Virus record (IMG/VR): IMGVR_UViG_3300015360_000032
Span: 16,924 to 80,923 of that record
DNA from: a virus
DNA length: 64,000 nt
Direction: 5' to 3' (one strand)
How positions within the stretch are numbered: the stretch's first letter is position 1; each line of letters begins with the position of its first letter. The translations under genes were made by a program, and so were the position numbers. Below the pieces are notes generated by a model. That model ran no database searches, was not told the DNA's origin, and saw nothing but the letters and a program-made list of their open reading frames with translations. Shown piece after piece: positions 29,001 through 38,274 of this stretch.

Positions 29001-29866
29001 CTAATAGTTACCGTATCGTCGGTCGAGGAGACAATTTCGTATGCTCTGCCCTCTAGCGCATCTGGGCTCAGCAGGACAAGATATTCAGCTTTGTCGTATT
29101 CACGATATTTAGCATCAACACTGATGATTGTTTGGCCGACACCCAGCCCAGTGGGGTATACAGCACGCTGGGAGGCCCCCCACGTCTTACCAGAAAGGGA
29201 GTGAAGTGTATCCCAGGTGATACCGTCATTGGAGCCCTGTAAATTGAACGATGTAGGGTAAATCCCAAGAACGTCGGCGGCACTACCGATTGCATAGGAT
29301 CGAACTACCTGAGCTTGACCTAAATCAATCTGAAGCCAGTGCGGCGGCGGAGTCCCAAACAGAAACAACGATTGACTAAATCCTAGGTAATTTTCGTCAG
29401 TAATTTCATTTTGGAATACAGTTATTCCGCCTTGTGTGCTAGATGCAGTTATAAAAGTTTTTCTGCCGGGCGTCAGATTTGTCCCCGTACCGTCAGAATT
29501 TAGCCGTAGCTCAAACTCAGCAAGCCCGGAATAGCTCGCGGCATAGCCGGCCAAAATATTTAGCTTGAAGTAGCGGTAAGCCCTCTCTCTCAGTCTAGAG
29601 ACTTGATGCCACCGAGGGACGATCCAGAATGGCGTATGAACCGCCGACATCAGTACATCGAAGTGCTGTCGATTCTTCTTATCGATCAGGAACGTCGCTT
29701 CGAAGGATCGGCGCGGCCAGACCCTTCTGGCAATTCTCTGCTCTTCCGTTGATTCACTGCTCTTTAGAATGTCCGTCTTCCACTCAAGCCGTTCAAGTAC
29801 CCCATTCTCCCAGTTGGGGCGGAAGGGAAAGAGGGGAGGATTAGTGACAGACATTTCATCTTCCAA
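26003..29866 (-). CDS. distal-tail-like protein with inserted receptor-binding domains
   Basis: PNW..GV.ERLEW.TD...EQR core after the tape measure; discoidin-like WLQIDLG...QGSNDG.TW; SPRY-like GKVYWE...FAVD...IWLG; poly-Pro linker. Confidence 0.8.
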   Translation of the reverse strand: MEDEMSVTNPPLFPFRPNWENGVLERLEWKTDILKSSESTEEQRIARRVWPRRSFEATFLIDKKNRQHFDVLMSAVHTPFWIVPRWHQVSRLRERAYRYFKLNILAGYAASYSGLAEFELRLNSDGTGTNLTPGRKTFITASSTQGGITVFQNEITDENYLGFSQSLFLFGTPPPHWLQIDLGQAQVVRSYAIGSAADVLGIYPTSFNLQGSNDGITWDTLHSLSGKTWGASQRAVYPTGLGVGQTIISVDAKYREYDKAEYLVLLSPDALEGRAYEIVSSTDDTVTISPPLDREWPLTTLVYPASIAYISEQTKAAKKSDELFEVSMRFDYRENNKYPYTVVDSPDVFWVSSGVPVLSNNNKTATIGGFINSSPHTYHNVTGNRFSNSTGKVYWEVFVHDQSSASNDVGWCGFVTAAGHRLACIYQGLILESIGAVPNIYSLGGSNPFSMATQWSGPRTLMFAVDIELGHIWLGRDGAWALWSGSESGALPDPATDFKPYSTLTSFAGAAIKPELYHLPHIPTFTCTLHSTAAEMTYPIPAGFTAINESSAASAFDATLGGIPILTQRPDDSEDLSFEYGQQFLIIDNGISLPSIMNPSNATYSSIAYRWSFKGVEANHDLRKLLYYLRGRHTSIWLPTFMSDFTVVEAIPNGQASFVIRNIGYTANLALQEGRNRILIQLRNGTNIVRRITDSLVIDADTEAIGVNSAFSQTIEINDIRCISYLALGHLDLDSIEINHKADTEGLTQCVVVWSFPGQAIGTPPVLTGGGNNYWDFEDGVPPATTICIPNFLFRDTFTGTAGTAITAHTPDIAPTTFQWRPWPANPSDVIILDGTGSVSSSAAGAHTTPGELVVGGIGTAVNIPITVPFEINFQAHSTYNGSPTSYDAFGYFLFNIGISGSAVVYWYSNRADLGASYLEITIRNRTGGEEFSLYEAVAPTGPGAINVTIRVDTYTISVLLDGVLAFTGSLASTPWFNSNINYIEMGSTNDAGYTMFHDAVSIKQLCPPPPSPPPPPPPPPPPPPPPPPPPPPQSSLWRYNGPNTASCGAPVSGYTYGSPAAAVEAEIDHWATCYGGAGFCIALTWQFIATGTQTPPALTGSVQSLQVQYLCNGAGQQGTVETLGFPPVVSTPPAGAVIIGGVVPAPPPGVVNPIPVFDINDEVLLPSSASCGVYFYTDGALSTTGNGSASGSSWYSSILAGVGNTHWVKLTVTSGTPPSSPISAATGVWLQLTTLRQWIWNLNSPGYRSNVVKIDIATAPSDAAIVASVSDLAVVLLVDYKLISKR
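26768..26845 (-). repeat. CCGCCT-type microsatellite encoding P4-S-P21
   Basis: GGCGGA repeats on the plus strand. Confidence 0.95.
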
Positions 29867-32800
29867 TCATTTGCCGAAGCGTTGACCTGTTCCGCGAAAC
29901 GAAGTTGAGTAACACTTGTTCGCCCTGCGCTGAAGACATTGCATCCGGAACAAACTTCGGATCAGTGACGAGAACGCTTCTGATGCTAACCTCTTTGCCC
30001 GAAGCTCCTGCGGTAAGCGCAGTGTCAATCGATTGATTCTGGCGCTCCGTCAACACGGTTTCTGCCTTCTCCAAAATCGCGGGCACTTCGTTGGACTTAA
30101 GACCTGATACCTTGTTCACACCATCGTGAAACTTTTGGGCATTCTTGAAGACCGCAGGGTTCACCAACCTCTGACGACCGCCGTTGGCAACATCGCCACC
30201 TTCGTGGAAGAAAGATGCGAACAAACCAACGAGGGAACCAATGCCCCCGCCCCCGCCCGCTCCACCACCGCTGAAAAGTCCGCTGAATAGATCACTTAAC
30301 GACGAGCCCAGACCTTCGAAGACGCTGAGGAGCGTATCGGTGAGCTTGAACAAAACATCGTCAATTTGAGTGATGAAGCTGTTCAGCATTCCAGTGATGC
30401 CCCCCGGTGCATTGGGGTCGGGCGGGCCAATGTTCGGGTCCGCAGTCTTGGTCACGTTGCCTAGTGGAGTTTTGCGCGGGTCGGGGATCAGCGTGCCATC
30501 GACGTTCTTCACGTAGAAGGGATTGATCGGTGAGCCGTCTGCCTTGCCAGTGAAACCTCCCGAGCTTCCCGGCGTCGTGCCCACTCCGAACAAGCCACCG
30601 ATACCACTGATAATTCCACCCAACCCAGGGAACACCGCATTAAACAGGCCGGTAATGGGATTGCCGCCTTGCACCTGAGAGGATGCGCCAGTGCTTGTAT
30701 TACCTGCGTTATTGACGACATTACCAAGTGTGCTAGCTGTCCCCGCCAGAGCATCAAAGTTTCTAACGTAGATAGGATCGACAGCAGTGCCTAGCGGACC
30801 ATTGCCATCAGGCTTTTGCAGAACTTTCTGGAAGAACCCGCCGACGCCGCCTGCGCCCCCACTACCAATGCCTCTGATAATTTCTTCAGCAATTTTATCC
30901 GCGAAGAGCTTCTGGACAGAGCCGACAACACTTCGCAAAAAGTCCTTGACAACATCCTTGAACTTGTCAATGCCAATGCGTTGCAATGCGTCCGACAAGC
31001 TGTCGGTGATCGACTTGTTCAGGTCGCGGGCAACCTTGTCTGTCTCCAGGAAAAGCTGCTGAAGCTTCAAACGTAGTGCATCGATCTGAGCGATCTGACG
31101 GTCCATGACATCCTGGGTAACCCCTTCAGTCAATTTCAGAACGTCGAGTTGCTTTTGGTAGAGGCGAATTTGCTCCTCAATTTTCGGGATCGTTTGCTGC
31201 ACAACATCAGCGTAAGCACGCTCCGCTTCTTGTGCAGTAATAGAGCCGGTGGCCCGAGCAATGTCAATACGCTGTTGATCCTGCCCGAGCTTGGTGTACA
31301 CCCGCTCCATTGCATTCGTGATGGGCTGGATAGAAGACTCGAAAGCCTTTACGTTCAAGCTAGCTAGCAATGCCTCTGCCAAGTCTCCGCGCCCATTAGC
31401 CCGAAGCTCATCAACGAACTTTTGCTGAGCGCCTAACAGAGCATCAAAGTTGGCAGCAAAAATCTGATCAACGTTTTGCGGCAGGAAGCCATCAGTGAAT
31501 AGGGTAGCCGTGAGTTGCTTGGCGGACTGTGCAAACTGCTGTTGCGCCTGTTCGATATTGAACTTGATGTCAACGGGAATTTCCAGGCGGCGCTGCTCAA
31601 GCACCTTAAGGTCGCCCTTGGTTCTCTCAAGATCAGTTTCTAGGCGTACTTTCTCAGAGCCCTTGAGTTTCGGCTTTGTTAGCTCGAACTCAGCCGCCGC
31701 CTTGTCCGAATTTTTTCTCTTAATCTCTGCGTCGATGTTAGCAATCTCAATGCGTTGCTTCTCCTTATAGAAACTTGAAATCGATATCAAACCCTCGTCG
31801 TACAGTTTTTGATCCGCTGCCGCCAATTGTTTGTTGATTCCCTCCTTAAGCTTCAGTTCATTCTCGGCTACAACTTTCTTGAAAGCGAGTTGGGCTCTAG
31901 CCAGTTTGCGAGCCTCGGACTCCTCCCCTCCTCCCGTTTTCGCCGGAGCGGCAAGCCCACCCGTGGCCTTCCCGTCGGGTACTTGGGCATTTTTACCCGT
32001 GAACCCTTTGGCGGTCTTTATCTTCAGGGCATTGATTAGTCCCTCTGCTTCGGCCTGCGCAAGTGTAAAGAAGGTAGAACCGGGCAGAGCGGTCAAGGCA
32101 TCTTTTGCGGCCTTGGAGATTCCAGGCATTGAGAGCAGTGTCTTAATGAAGGTATCCATGCTCAGCTTCAGGCTGTCCAGTGCTACTCGCTGATCTTTCA
32201 CCTGGGCGTTAGTCTCCTCCGCAGTTTTCTTGGCCGCATCCCCCCCACTTTGTGCGGCAGCTATTTGTGTTTTATACAATTCCGTAAGCCTCTCAATCTC
32301 CGTTTGTGCCTTAACGACAGGAATTAGGTAGGCGTTTACAACTCTCACTGTCTCGTCAGTGAACATGCTTTGGATGAGCGGCGCTATCGCCTGAAATGCA
32401 GCCCCTGTTCTATTCGCAGTGTCCGCGACTCCCTGCAAACGCGCGCTATAGGCATCCATTTGATCCCGCGCTTTAACCTGAGTCGCCTCTAGGGCTTCGA
32501 TGTCCTTTTTCAGAAATTCGACCGGCCCCTTCAGGGCAGGGTTGTTGGGCTGCCTAGCGGACACTCGAAGGGCATCGTTCAGGTCTTCTTGACGCTGTAG
32601 AAGCCTGTTTCGGCCTTCAATCAGGGCCTGCTCCTGAATACGGATCAGGTCTTCAATGTTCTTTCTCTCTTCCTCCCCGATTTTCTTTGTTTGATTAGGG
32701 TCGCTCGCGGCAAGAATAGAACCTAGCTGCTTGGTTGCAGTCTCTCTCTGTTGCGGGCTGTCTGACCGCGCTGCTTGCTGAACGATCTTGTCCACTTTCT

Positions 32801-35261
32801 GGGTATCAAGCTCTCCGCGCACATCAAGGTTTTCGCGCAATGCTTTTGTCTGTGCTTCAATCGCTTCTGTCTGCGCTACCCACTTTTTCTTCGCCTCTTC
32901 GACAGCGATAGCTTGGTCCCTGTTCGCCTTGGACGTAAGGCCAATGGCATCGGTCAGACGCTGGAAAAGAGGAGACAGTTTATCGATGATGCCGAGCATG
33001 TCGGCAATGGTGAATAGGATACTCACCCAGAAAAACGCCCCTGCCGCAATACGAGCCAGACCGAGCAAGCCGCTTGCAATGGTACGCATAGCAATACCAA
33101 GACTATTAAATGCAGTCTTGGCGGCATTCGTAGCGGTGGTAAGCGCGAAGACTTTACTTGTCGCCCCAGATACGGCTGCGCCCGCTGTACCTGCCTCTGC
33201 TGCCAAGTTTGAGGCGTTGTTAGCTCTGGTATTTTTGCGGGTATTAAGACCGTCTAGTGTGCCGTTTCTCTGGATTAGAGCAAGACGCTGTGCATTGGTT
33301 TGTTTCTGTAGCTCTGCATTATCGATAGCCGCTTGCCTAGCGTAATACGCCTGTGTCGAGCGAATCTGCCTATCGTAGGAAGCCTGAGTCAGCGCGATCT
33401 GGTTTGCTTTCTCAGCTTGGAGTGAGGCAAGTCCCTTGCGTGTACCTGTAGCATCAATGACGGCGCGGTCAGCGTTATACTTTGTTTGAATCTGAATCAA
33501 ACGTTGCTGCTTCAGAGTTTCCGCAGCCGCAATTTTCTCGGCTAACACCTTTTGCTGTTGAACAACAGCCGCGGCTTGTCTTGCTTCGGCATCGCGCAGA
33601 GCTTGACGCTGCGCCGAGGCATTGGCAGAGGCAGTAGCAATGCGCGGGTCTAGTGCGGTGACGGAAGACTGCGCTTGAAATTTTTGCTGTTCTTTATTCT
33701 TGAAAGCAAGCTGTGCAGCCTGCAACTCCCCCTGGGCTACTTTCTGTCTATCAATCGAAGCGTTGTATGTGTTTTGTAATGCGACGGCTTCTTTAATCCC
33801 TAGCGCGGTGAGTGCCCAGTTCTTGACTATTGAACCGGACAGTGTACCTTGCGTAGCTAGGGCTCCTGCGCTGGCGGTACTTAGTTTGCCTGTTGCTACG
33901 GTGGCGGCTGTTGCCCCGATTGCAATCGATTTCAAAGTCACACCAAACAAGCTGAACTTGCCGACGATGCCAATGATCGTCTCTGCAAGCTTCAGGCTGA
34001 TGAAGACCTGGAGAACGCGGATGAAGTTATCCCAGTTAATATTGAATCCCGCGACTACCTTGATAGCAGTAGCGAAGAATCCTATGAGCCCGCCTATAGC
34101 AGCGACTGCGGTGTCAACGAACGTCCTGACCCCCGGGGTTTGCAATGCGGCAGAAAGTTCCCGGGTGTACCTAGTTAATGGCTCAAGCAAAGCATTGGCA
34201 CTATCCGTACCAAGTTTGAACAACGTGTTGCGAAGAATTTCCGCTTGCTTGTTAAGCGTGTTGAGGACAACAGACTGCTCTTTGATGGCAGAGAGTCCCG
34301 ACTTGCCCTCAGTGGCGGATTCAAAGTTCTTTGTCAGAACCGTATTGTTTACGTCTTGAATTAGCTTATTGATTAGCGCGCCAATTCGCCCGCCGCCAAA
34401 AAGCTTAACGATTTGCGCTTGTTGATCCTGCGGCTTGAGCTTGCGCAAGCCATCGAGGACAAGCTTGATTGTGCTTAGACCGTCTGCTTTAAGCAGGCCG
34501 ATAAAGTCGTCTGCCGATCCCGCGAACCCAACACCCGCCCTGTTCAAGATCGCGGCAAACTTGTCCGCATCCTCAAACATGGAGGAGAAAACCTTGGTAA
34601 ACGAGGTGCCAACCACTTCAGCCGATTGGCCGAAGTCCAAACCCGTTGCGGCCAGCGCGGCTACCTGATCTAGCTTAAGAGAGCCCGCTGCATCACCGAT
34701 CCGCCGAATAACGTCCAACAAGTCTTTGCCGTTGGCGGTAGAGTTGTTCGATACCTCATTGAAGATGGATACCGCGTTTTCCACCTCTTTCAGCGGTACC
34801 TTGAAGATGTTGACGATCTTGCCGATATTATCGCCAGCCTCTTCGGCGGTAATATCGAGCACAGATGCCATGCGTTGCACCGCGTCCGTGAACGCCACAA
34901 CACCTTCAACCCCGAATCGGCCTAGACCCTGCTCGCCGGCAATGGCTGCGATCTTCGCAAGGTCGAGCGCGGAGATGTTTGTCCTCAGGGACATATCCAG
35001 CAAGGCAGTGCCAAGCTGATCAATACTTCCCTTTGTCTTGGCTAGCTCACCGCGCGTGAAGTCGGTGGTCTTTGAGACGTTCGCCAATGCCTCTTCAAAG
35101 TCAGCCGCAGCCCGGATAGGCGCAGTGCTGATCCGAAGAGCCGCGAGCGAGGCACTGATGGCCCCGACTACGCGGATGATTCTGGATTCAAGTTTGCTGA
35201 GGTCGGGGCTGAGTTCGTCTCGACCCCGGATTACTACGTCGATCTGGCTGGTTTGGGCCAT
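29856..35261 (-). CDS. tape measure protein
   Basis: 1801 aa, Ala-rich helical, TP901-like core (AADFEEALANVSKT), C-terminal FHEGG/NEVPAILE. Confidence 0.93.
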   Translation of the reverse strand: MAQTSQIDVVIRGRDELSPDLSKLESRIIRVVGAISASLAALRISTAPIRAAADFEEALANVSKTTDFTRGELAKTKGSIDQLGTALLDMSLRTNISALDLAKIAAIAGEQGLGRFGVEGVVAFTDAVQRMASVLDITAEEAGDNIGKIVNIFKVPLKEVENAVSIFNEVSNNSTANGKDLLDVIRRIGDAAGSLKLDQVAALAATGLDFGQSAEVVGTSFTKVFSSMFEDADKFAAILNRAGVGFAGSADDFIGLLKADGLSTIKLVLDGLRKLKPQDQQAQIVKLFGGGRIGALINKLIQDVNNTVLTKNFESATEGKSGLSAIKEQSVVLNTLNKQAEILRNTLFKLGTDSANALLEPLTRYTRELSAALQTPGVRTFVDTAVAAIGGLIGFFATAIKVVAGFNINWDNFIRVLQVFISLKLAETIIGIVGKFSLFGVTLKSIAIGATAATVATGKLSTASAGALATQGTLSGSIVKNWALTALGIKEAVALQNTYNASIDRQKVAQGELQAAQLAFKNKEQQKFQAQSSVTALDPRIATASANASAQRQALRDAEARQAAAVVQQQKVLAEKIAAAETLKQQRLIQIQTKYNADRAVIDATGTRKGLASLQAEKANQIALTQASYDRQIRSTQAYYARQAAIDNAELQKQTNAQRLALIQRNGTLDGLNTRKNTRANNASNLAAEAGTAGAAVSGATSKVFALTTATNAAKTAFNSLGIAMRTIASGLLGLARIAAGAFFWVSILFTIADMLGIIDKLSPLFQRLTDAIGLTSKANRDQAIAVEEAKKKWVAQTEAIEAQTKALRENLDVRGELDTQKVDKIVQQAARSDSPQQRETATKQLGSILAASDPNQTKKIGEEERKNIEDLIRIQEQALIEGRNRLLQRQEDLNDALRVSARQPNNPALKGPVEFLKKDIEALEATQVKARDQMDAYSARLQGVADTANRTGAAFQAIAPLIQSMFTDETVRVVNAYLIPVVKAQTEIERLTELYKTQIAAAQSGGDAAKKTAEETNAQVKDQRVALDSLKLSMDTFIKTLLSMPGISKAAKDALTALPGSTFFTLAQAEAEGLINALKIKTAKGFTGKNAQVPDGKATGGLAAPAKTGGGEESEARKLARAQLAFKKVVAENELKLKEGINKQLAAADQKLYDEGLISISSFYKEKQRIEIANIDAEIKRKNSDKAAAEFELTKPKLKGSEKVRLETDLERTKGDLKVLEQRRLEIPVDIKFNIEQAQQQFAQSAKQLTATLFTDGFLPQNVDQIFAANFDALLGAQQKFVDELRANGRGDLAEALLASLNVKAFESSIQPITNAMERVYTKLGQDQQRIDIARATGSITAQEAERAYADVVQQTIPKIEEQIRLYQKQLDVLKLTEGVTQDVMDRQIAQIDALRLKLQQLFLETDKVARDLNKSITDSLSDALQRIGIDKFKDVVKDFLRSVVGSVQKLFADKIAEEIIRGIGSGGAGGVGGFFQKVLQKPDGNGPLGTAVDPIYVRNFDALAGTASTLGNVVNNAGNTSTGASSQVQGGNPITGLFNAVFPGLGGIISGIGGLFGVGTTPGSSGGFTGKADGSPINPFYVKNVDGTLIPDPRKTPLGNVTKTADPNIGPPDPNAPGGITGMLNSFITQIDDVLFKLTDTLLSVFEGLGSSLSDLFSGLFSGGGAGGGGGIGSLVGLFASFFHEGGDVANGGRQRLVNPAVFKNAQKFHDGVNKVSGLKSNEVPAILEKAETVLTERQNQSIDTALTAGASGKEVSIRSVLVTDPKFVPDAMSSAQGEQVLLNFVSRNRSTLRQMIGR

Positions 35262-35577
35262 GTTCTTTCACTCCTGCGGCTACTGCCTCAAGCAAATGCG
35301 TGTGCATAGTCACAGGAGATGGTTGCCTATCAGAGAACATGCTACCTACGACAGTAGCTAGGTCGGTGACTGTAGCCGTTCTCTCCTGTGCATCAATTTC
35401 TACTATCGCTTCCAGACACATCATAAATCTGGATATCGGGTAGTCCCTGATGTCTCGGAGGCTATGGCCTTTCTGCACTAGCCTATTCACTGACTGATTC
35501 AACCAACGTGCTTCACTCAGGGTGTAGCCTTCCCCGTCCCTTTTCTCATGTCTTTGAGGGAATTTTTGCTTGCCCAC
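35188..35577 (-). CDS. tail assembly chaperone C-terminal extension (gpT-like)
   Basis: W...V.RLV..GH...I..Y motif; -1 frame relative to the upstream ORF and open through the slippery site. Confidence 0.65.
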   Translation of the reverse strand: MGKQKFPQRHEKRDGEGYTLSEARWLNQSVNRLVQKGHSLRDIRDYPISRFMMCLEAIVEIDAQERTATVTDLATVVGSMFSDRQPSPVTMHTHLLEAVAAGVKEHGPNQPDRRSNPGSRRTQPRPQQT

Positions 35578-36155
35578 AACTTTGTGAAGACCATCAATGT
35601 CGGGGGCAAGCTCCGGGAAAAAAAATGGTAATTCACCAGGAAGACGGTGCCCACCACTAGAGCCCCTTCGTCTGCCGTAAGATCACCGAATTCGTCTTCG
35701 TCAATGCTGGCGAAGGTAGCGATGAGTTCGGGGACGATTTCCAGGGAGGCCGCGAGCAAGGCCATGAGGAGACTGACGTTTCCGAGAGCCTTGCCCACAA
35801 CCTCCTCAGAGGTGAGGAAAGATAGATCGACCTTCGAGGGGTCTTTGCCCGCCGAGATTGCAGCGCGTTGCGCGGTTGCAAAGAGGTCGATCAGATCAGC
35901 AAGTTGCCGCTTGTCCAGAGCATCCAGAATTCTCTGGAAGAACTTCATGAGCAAGGGAAGCTGCTTCATGGTGGCGGGGTAAATCCTTACCTCCCGCCCC
36001 CGAAACTTGACGGTGTTATCGTGTTCGTCGAACAGAATTCCCGCAGCTAAGGAGATGTCCGTACCGGAGTCATGATCGGATGACTCGGTTAGAGACGGAG
36101 TGGTTTCCAGCATTGTTTGTACCCTTAGGCGACATGTACCGCCGCAACTTTTCAA
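35517..36155 (-). CDS. tail assembly chaperone (gpG-like)
   Basis: Between tube and tape measure, ends in VNYHFF motif; probable start 36113 (MLETTP). Confidence 0.7.
   Translation of the reverse strand: MKSCGGTCRLRVQTMLETTPSLTESSDHDSGTDISLAAGILFDEHDNTVKFRGREVRIYPATMKQLPLLMKFFQRILDALDKRQLADLIDLFATAQRAAISAGKDPSKVDLSFLTSEEVVGKALGNVSLLMALLAASLEIVPELIATFASIDEDEFGDLTADEGALVVGTVFLVNYHFFSRSLPPTLMVFTKLWASKNSLKDMRKGTGKATP
35618..35625 (-). other. putative -1 ribosomal frameshift site U UUU UUU
   Basis: In-frame CAT TTT TTT TCC; the -1 frame is open into 35188..35577. Confidence 0.6.
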
Positions 36156-36390
36156 CAGGGCTAAGGGCTTCTACCCGATCTAACAGCGCTTCGGTCTCAT
36201 CCACCTTCTTCGCTATTGAACCGGAACCTTCTCCCAACCTAAAGGGACGTGCCGCATTTGATCGCGCTAAAGACTTTTGATTCTTCTCGCTTAGTGCGTC
36301 AAACACATCCCCCGCCTTGTATTCTGCATTACCTAACAACACTTTTCCAAGAGCTAGCACGGGAAACGCAAATTTTGACCTGTCTGTCAT
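36070..36390 (-). CDS. hypothetical protein
   Basis: 106 aa with AGGA RBS, after the tail-tube terminator. Confidence 0.6.
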   Translation of the reverse strand: MTDRSKFAFPVLALGKVLLGNAEYKAGDVFDALSEKNQKSLARSNAARPFRLGEGSGSIAKKVDETEALLDRVEALSPVEKLRRYMSPKGTNNAGNHSVSNRVIRS

Positions 36391-36411
36391 GGTATTTCCT
36401 AAGTTAAAATG

Positions 36412-36440
36412 AAAAGGGCCGGGTAGATTATCCCGGCCCC
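36412..36440 (-). terminator. rho-independent terminator after tail tube gene
   Basis: GGGCCGGG-ATAATCTA-CCCGGCCC-TTTT. Confidence 0.8.
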
Positions 36441-36462
36441 TGCTTTGAAATCAATTTCAAAG

Positions 36463-37248
36463 TTACGCGGCGATGCGGCGCTCGGTGAAATACTTCGACA
36501 ACGCCGGGTTGGTAACCAGCGGGTCGGGCAGCATGGTGCCGCCGAATTCGCCAGAGCCCAACTCTTCGTTGATGAACTCCATGCCAGTCAGCGGATCGAA
36601 CGCAGCGCGCGGGATTTCGATCAGGCGGAACGTACCGTCAATCGTGTTCAGGCCTTCGAAGCGCAGGAAACGCTCCGGGGGCGTGCCCGTGGTAAACGAC
36701 TCGATCTTGTCGTGCGTGGCGTACGTGTAATCGACCTCCACCATCTCGCCCGGGTCCGCATCAACTACGGTAGACGTAGAGCGGATGTAGACCATGCCGA
36801 ACTCGAAGTCCACATGATAGTCCACACCTTCGACCAGAGCGGTCGGGGTCACAACCGTCATGATGCTCAGCGCCGAGACATCCGGGAACTTCAGCGGGAT
36901 GCCAAAGCCACGACGGGCAAGGTGGGCTTCATTCAGGACAGCCGCGCCGGTAACAGACGACCGCGAGCCGTACAGACCGAGGGCCAGCAGATCGAGGGTC
37001 AGGGACTCAGAGGTGAACTTGAAGTTCGCCTTGCGCTCCTGGATGATCGTCAGGTCAACGGCACGCTCGCCGCTCATCGATTCCTTGTGTTCGAACTTCG
37101 TGATTTCGATGTCGATGGACAGCGAGGTTACGTTACCGACGAAGACAACGTTCTTCCATTCGCCAGTGCTGGGGTTTCTATCGCCAATACCCAGACGGCC
37201 TTGACCGCTGTAGTAGTAGGACGTGGGGACAGGACGTACGGTAGGCAT
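36463..37248 (-). CDS. major tail tube protein
   Basis: YYSGQG...VGNV..L...HKESMSG...LRFEGLN motifs. Confidence 0.88.
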   Translation of the reverse strand: MPTVRPVPTSYYYSGQGRLGIGDRNPSTGEWKNVVFVGNVTSLSIDIEITKFEHKESMSGERAVDLTIIQERKANFKFTSESLTLDLLALGLYGSRSSVTGAAVLNEAHLARRGFGIPLKFPDVSALSIMTVVTPTALVEGVDYHVDFEFGMVYIRSTSTVVDADPGEMVEVDYTYATHDKIESFTTGTPPERFLRFEGLNTIDGTFRLIEIPRAAFDPLTGMEFINEELGSGEFGGTMLPDPLVTNPALSKYFTERRIAA

Positions 37249-37270
37249 TTCGGAAATCTCCTTGGAGGGG

Positions 37271-37795
37271 TTAAGTAACTATCGGGCCTACGGTGATCAC
37301 CGCAACACGCCACACTTGTGCGTAATACAGCATCGTATCAGTAGACTCTGGGATGTTGGGTCCCTCTCTTGCAAACGCCCAAGTCCTGTTTGCAAGGTCC
37401 CCAGAAATGTGTGTACCAAGAATCCTGCGACGCAGAACCGTCAACAGTTTTGCGGCTTTCGCCCGCTCATCACACGTCTTGCCTGTAGGTACCGCGAGGA
37501 TGATTTGAAATATGTAGTCAATGGTCTTTGCCGCCTGTCCACCGGCCACATTCAAATGATCCTTCGGGTTCGTTGTTATCCTCGTCGGCTCAGCACCCGC
37601 ATATGCTACCCCAACTCCGATCTTTTGGCACAGGTCTGTCTCTGTTTTGTTCTCTAAGTCGTCAATGCTGAACACGCCATACACAGTTTGAGCGATTCCG
37701 GCCGCAGTAACTGCAAGCTGAACCTTGTCAACTAGGTCCTGCTCCATGCGCGAGAGCATGTCATCATCAGCGTTTAGTCTTAGTACCGTAGCCAT
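37271..37795 (-). CDS. tail terminator-like protein
   Basis: Size and position just upstream of the tube; C-terminal LYYAQVW. Confidence 0.65.
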   Translation of the reverse strand: MATVLRLNADDDMLSRMEQDLVDKVQLAVTAAGIAQTVYGVFSIDDLENKTETDLCQKIGVGVAYAGAEPTRITTNPKDHLNVAGGQAAKTIDYIFQIILAVPTGKTCDERAKAAKLLTVLRRRILGTHISGDLANRTWAFAREGPNIPESTDTMLYYAQVWRVAVITVGPIVT

Positions 37796-38274
37796 CAGGC
37801 GCCCTCGATTTGTCTTGCTTTGCGTCTCATGAGGCTGTCAACCGCCCGCACATCCAGAGCCGCGATTCCTAGGAACCTGCGAGCCGGAATCCTGCCCGTG
37901 CCGTTGTTTTGCACTCGGGCGTATTCTGCAATGTCCGGGTCTTGAATACCGATGCGGAATCCGCCGCCCGTGTTGATTGCGAAGCTGCCCAGGCCACCCA
38001 CAACTCGACGGATCGAATTTCGTAGGTCTCTGGTGTTGACCAAAATCTTGCTGCCGCCGAAGTTTTTCTTTCGACGCTTTAGTGTGGCGTCGGACAGCGG
38101 AGCCCACGGTATCCCGTCTGGAGTCACTTCGCTGTCAAAACGCTGCAATGTGCGGCGAAGAATGAGGGCACCGACCTCCTCCGTGAGCGGCGGGAGTGCA
38201 GCCGTCCTACGGATTCTTGCTATACGGTCTCTGAGCTTATCGGCACCGCGAACGAATGGAGTATCCGTAGCCAT
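37795..38274 (-). CDS. virion morphogenesis (tail completion) protein
   Basis: RF.....PDG.PWAPLS..T...IL......LRNSI...YA...IPARRFLG. Confidence 0.88.
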   Translation of the reverse strand: MATDTPFVRGADKLRDRIARIRRTAALPPLTEEVGALILRRTLQRFDSEVTPDGIPWAPLSDATLKRRKKNFGGSKILVNTRDLRNSIRRVVGGLGSFAINTGGGFRIGIQDPDIAEYARVQNNGTGRIPARRFLGIAALDVRAVDSLMRRKARQIEGA

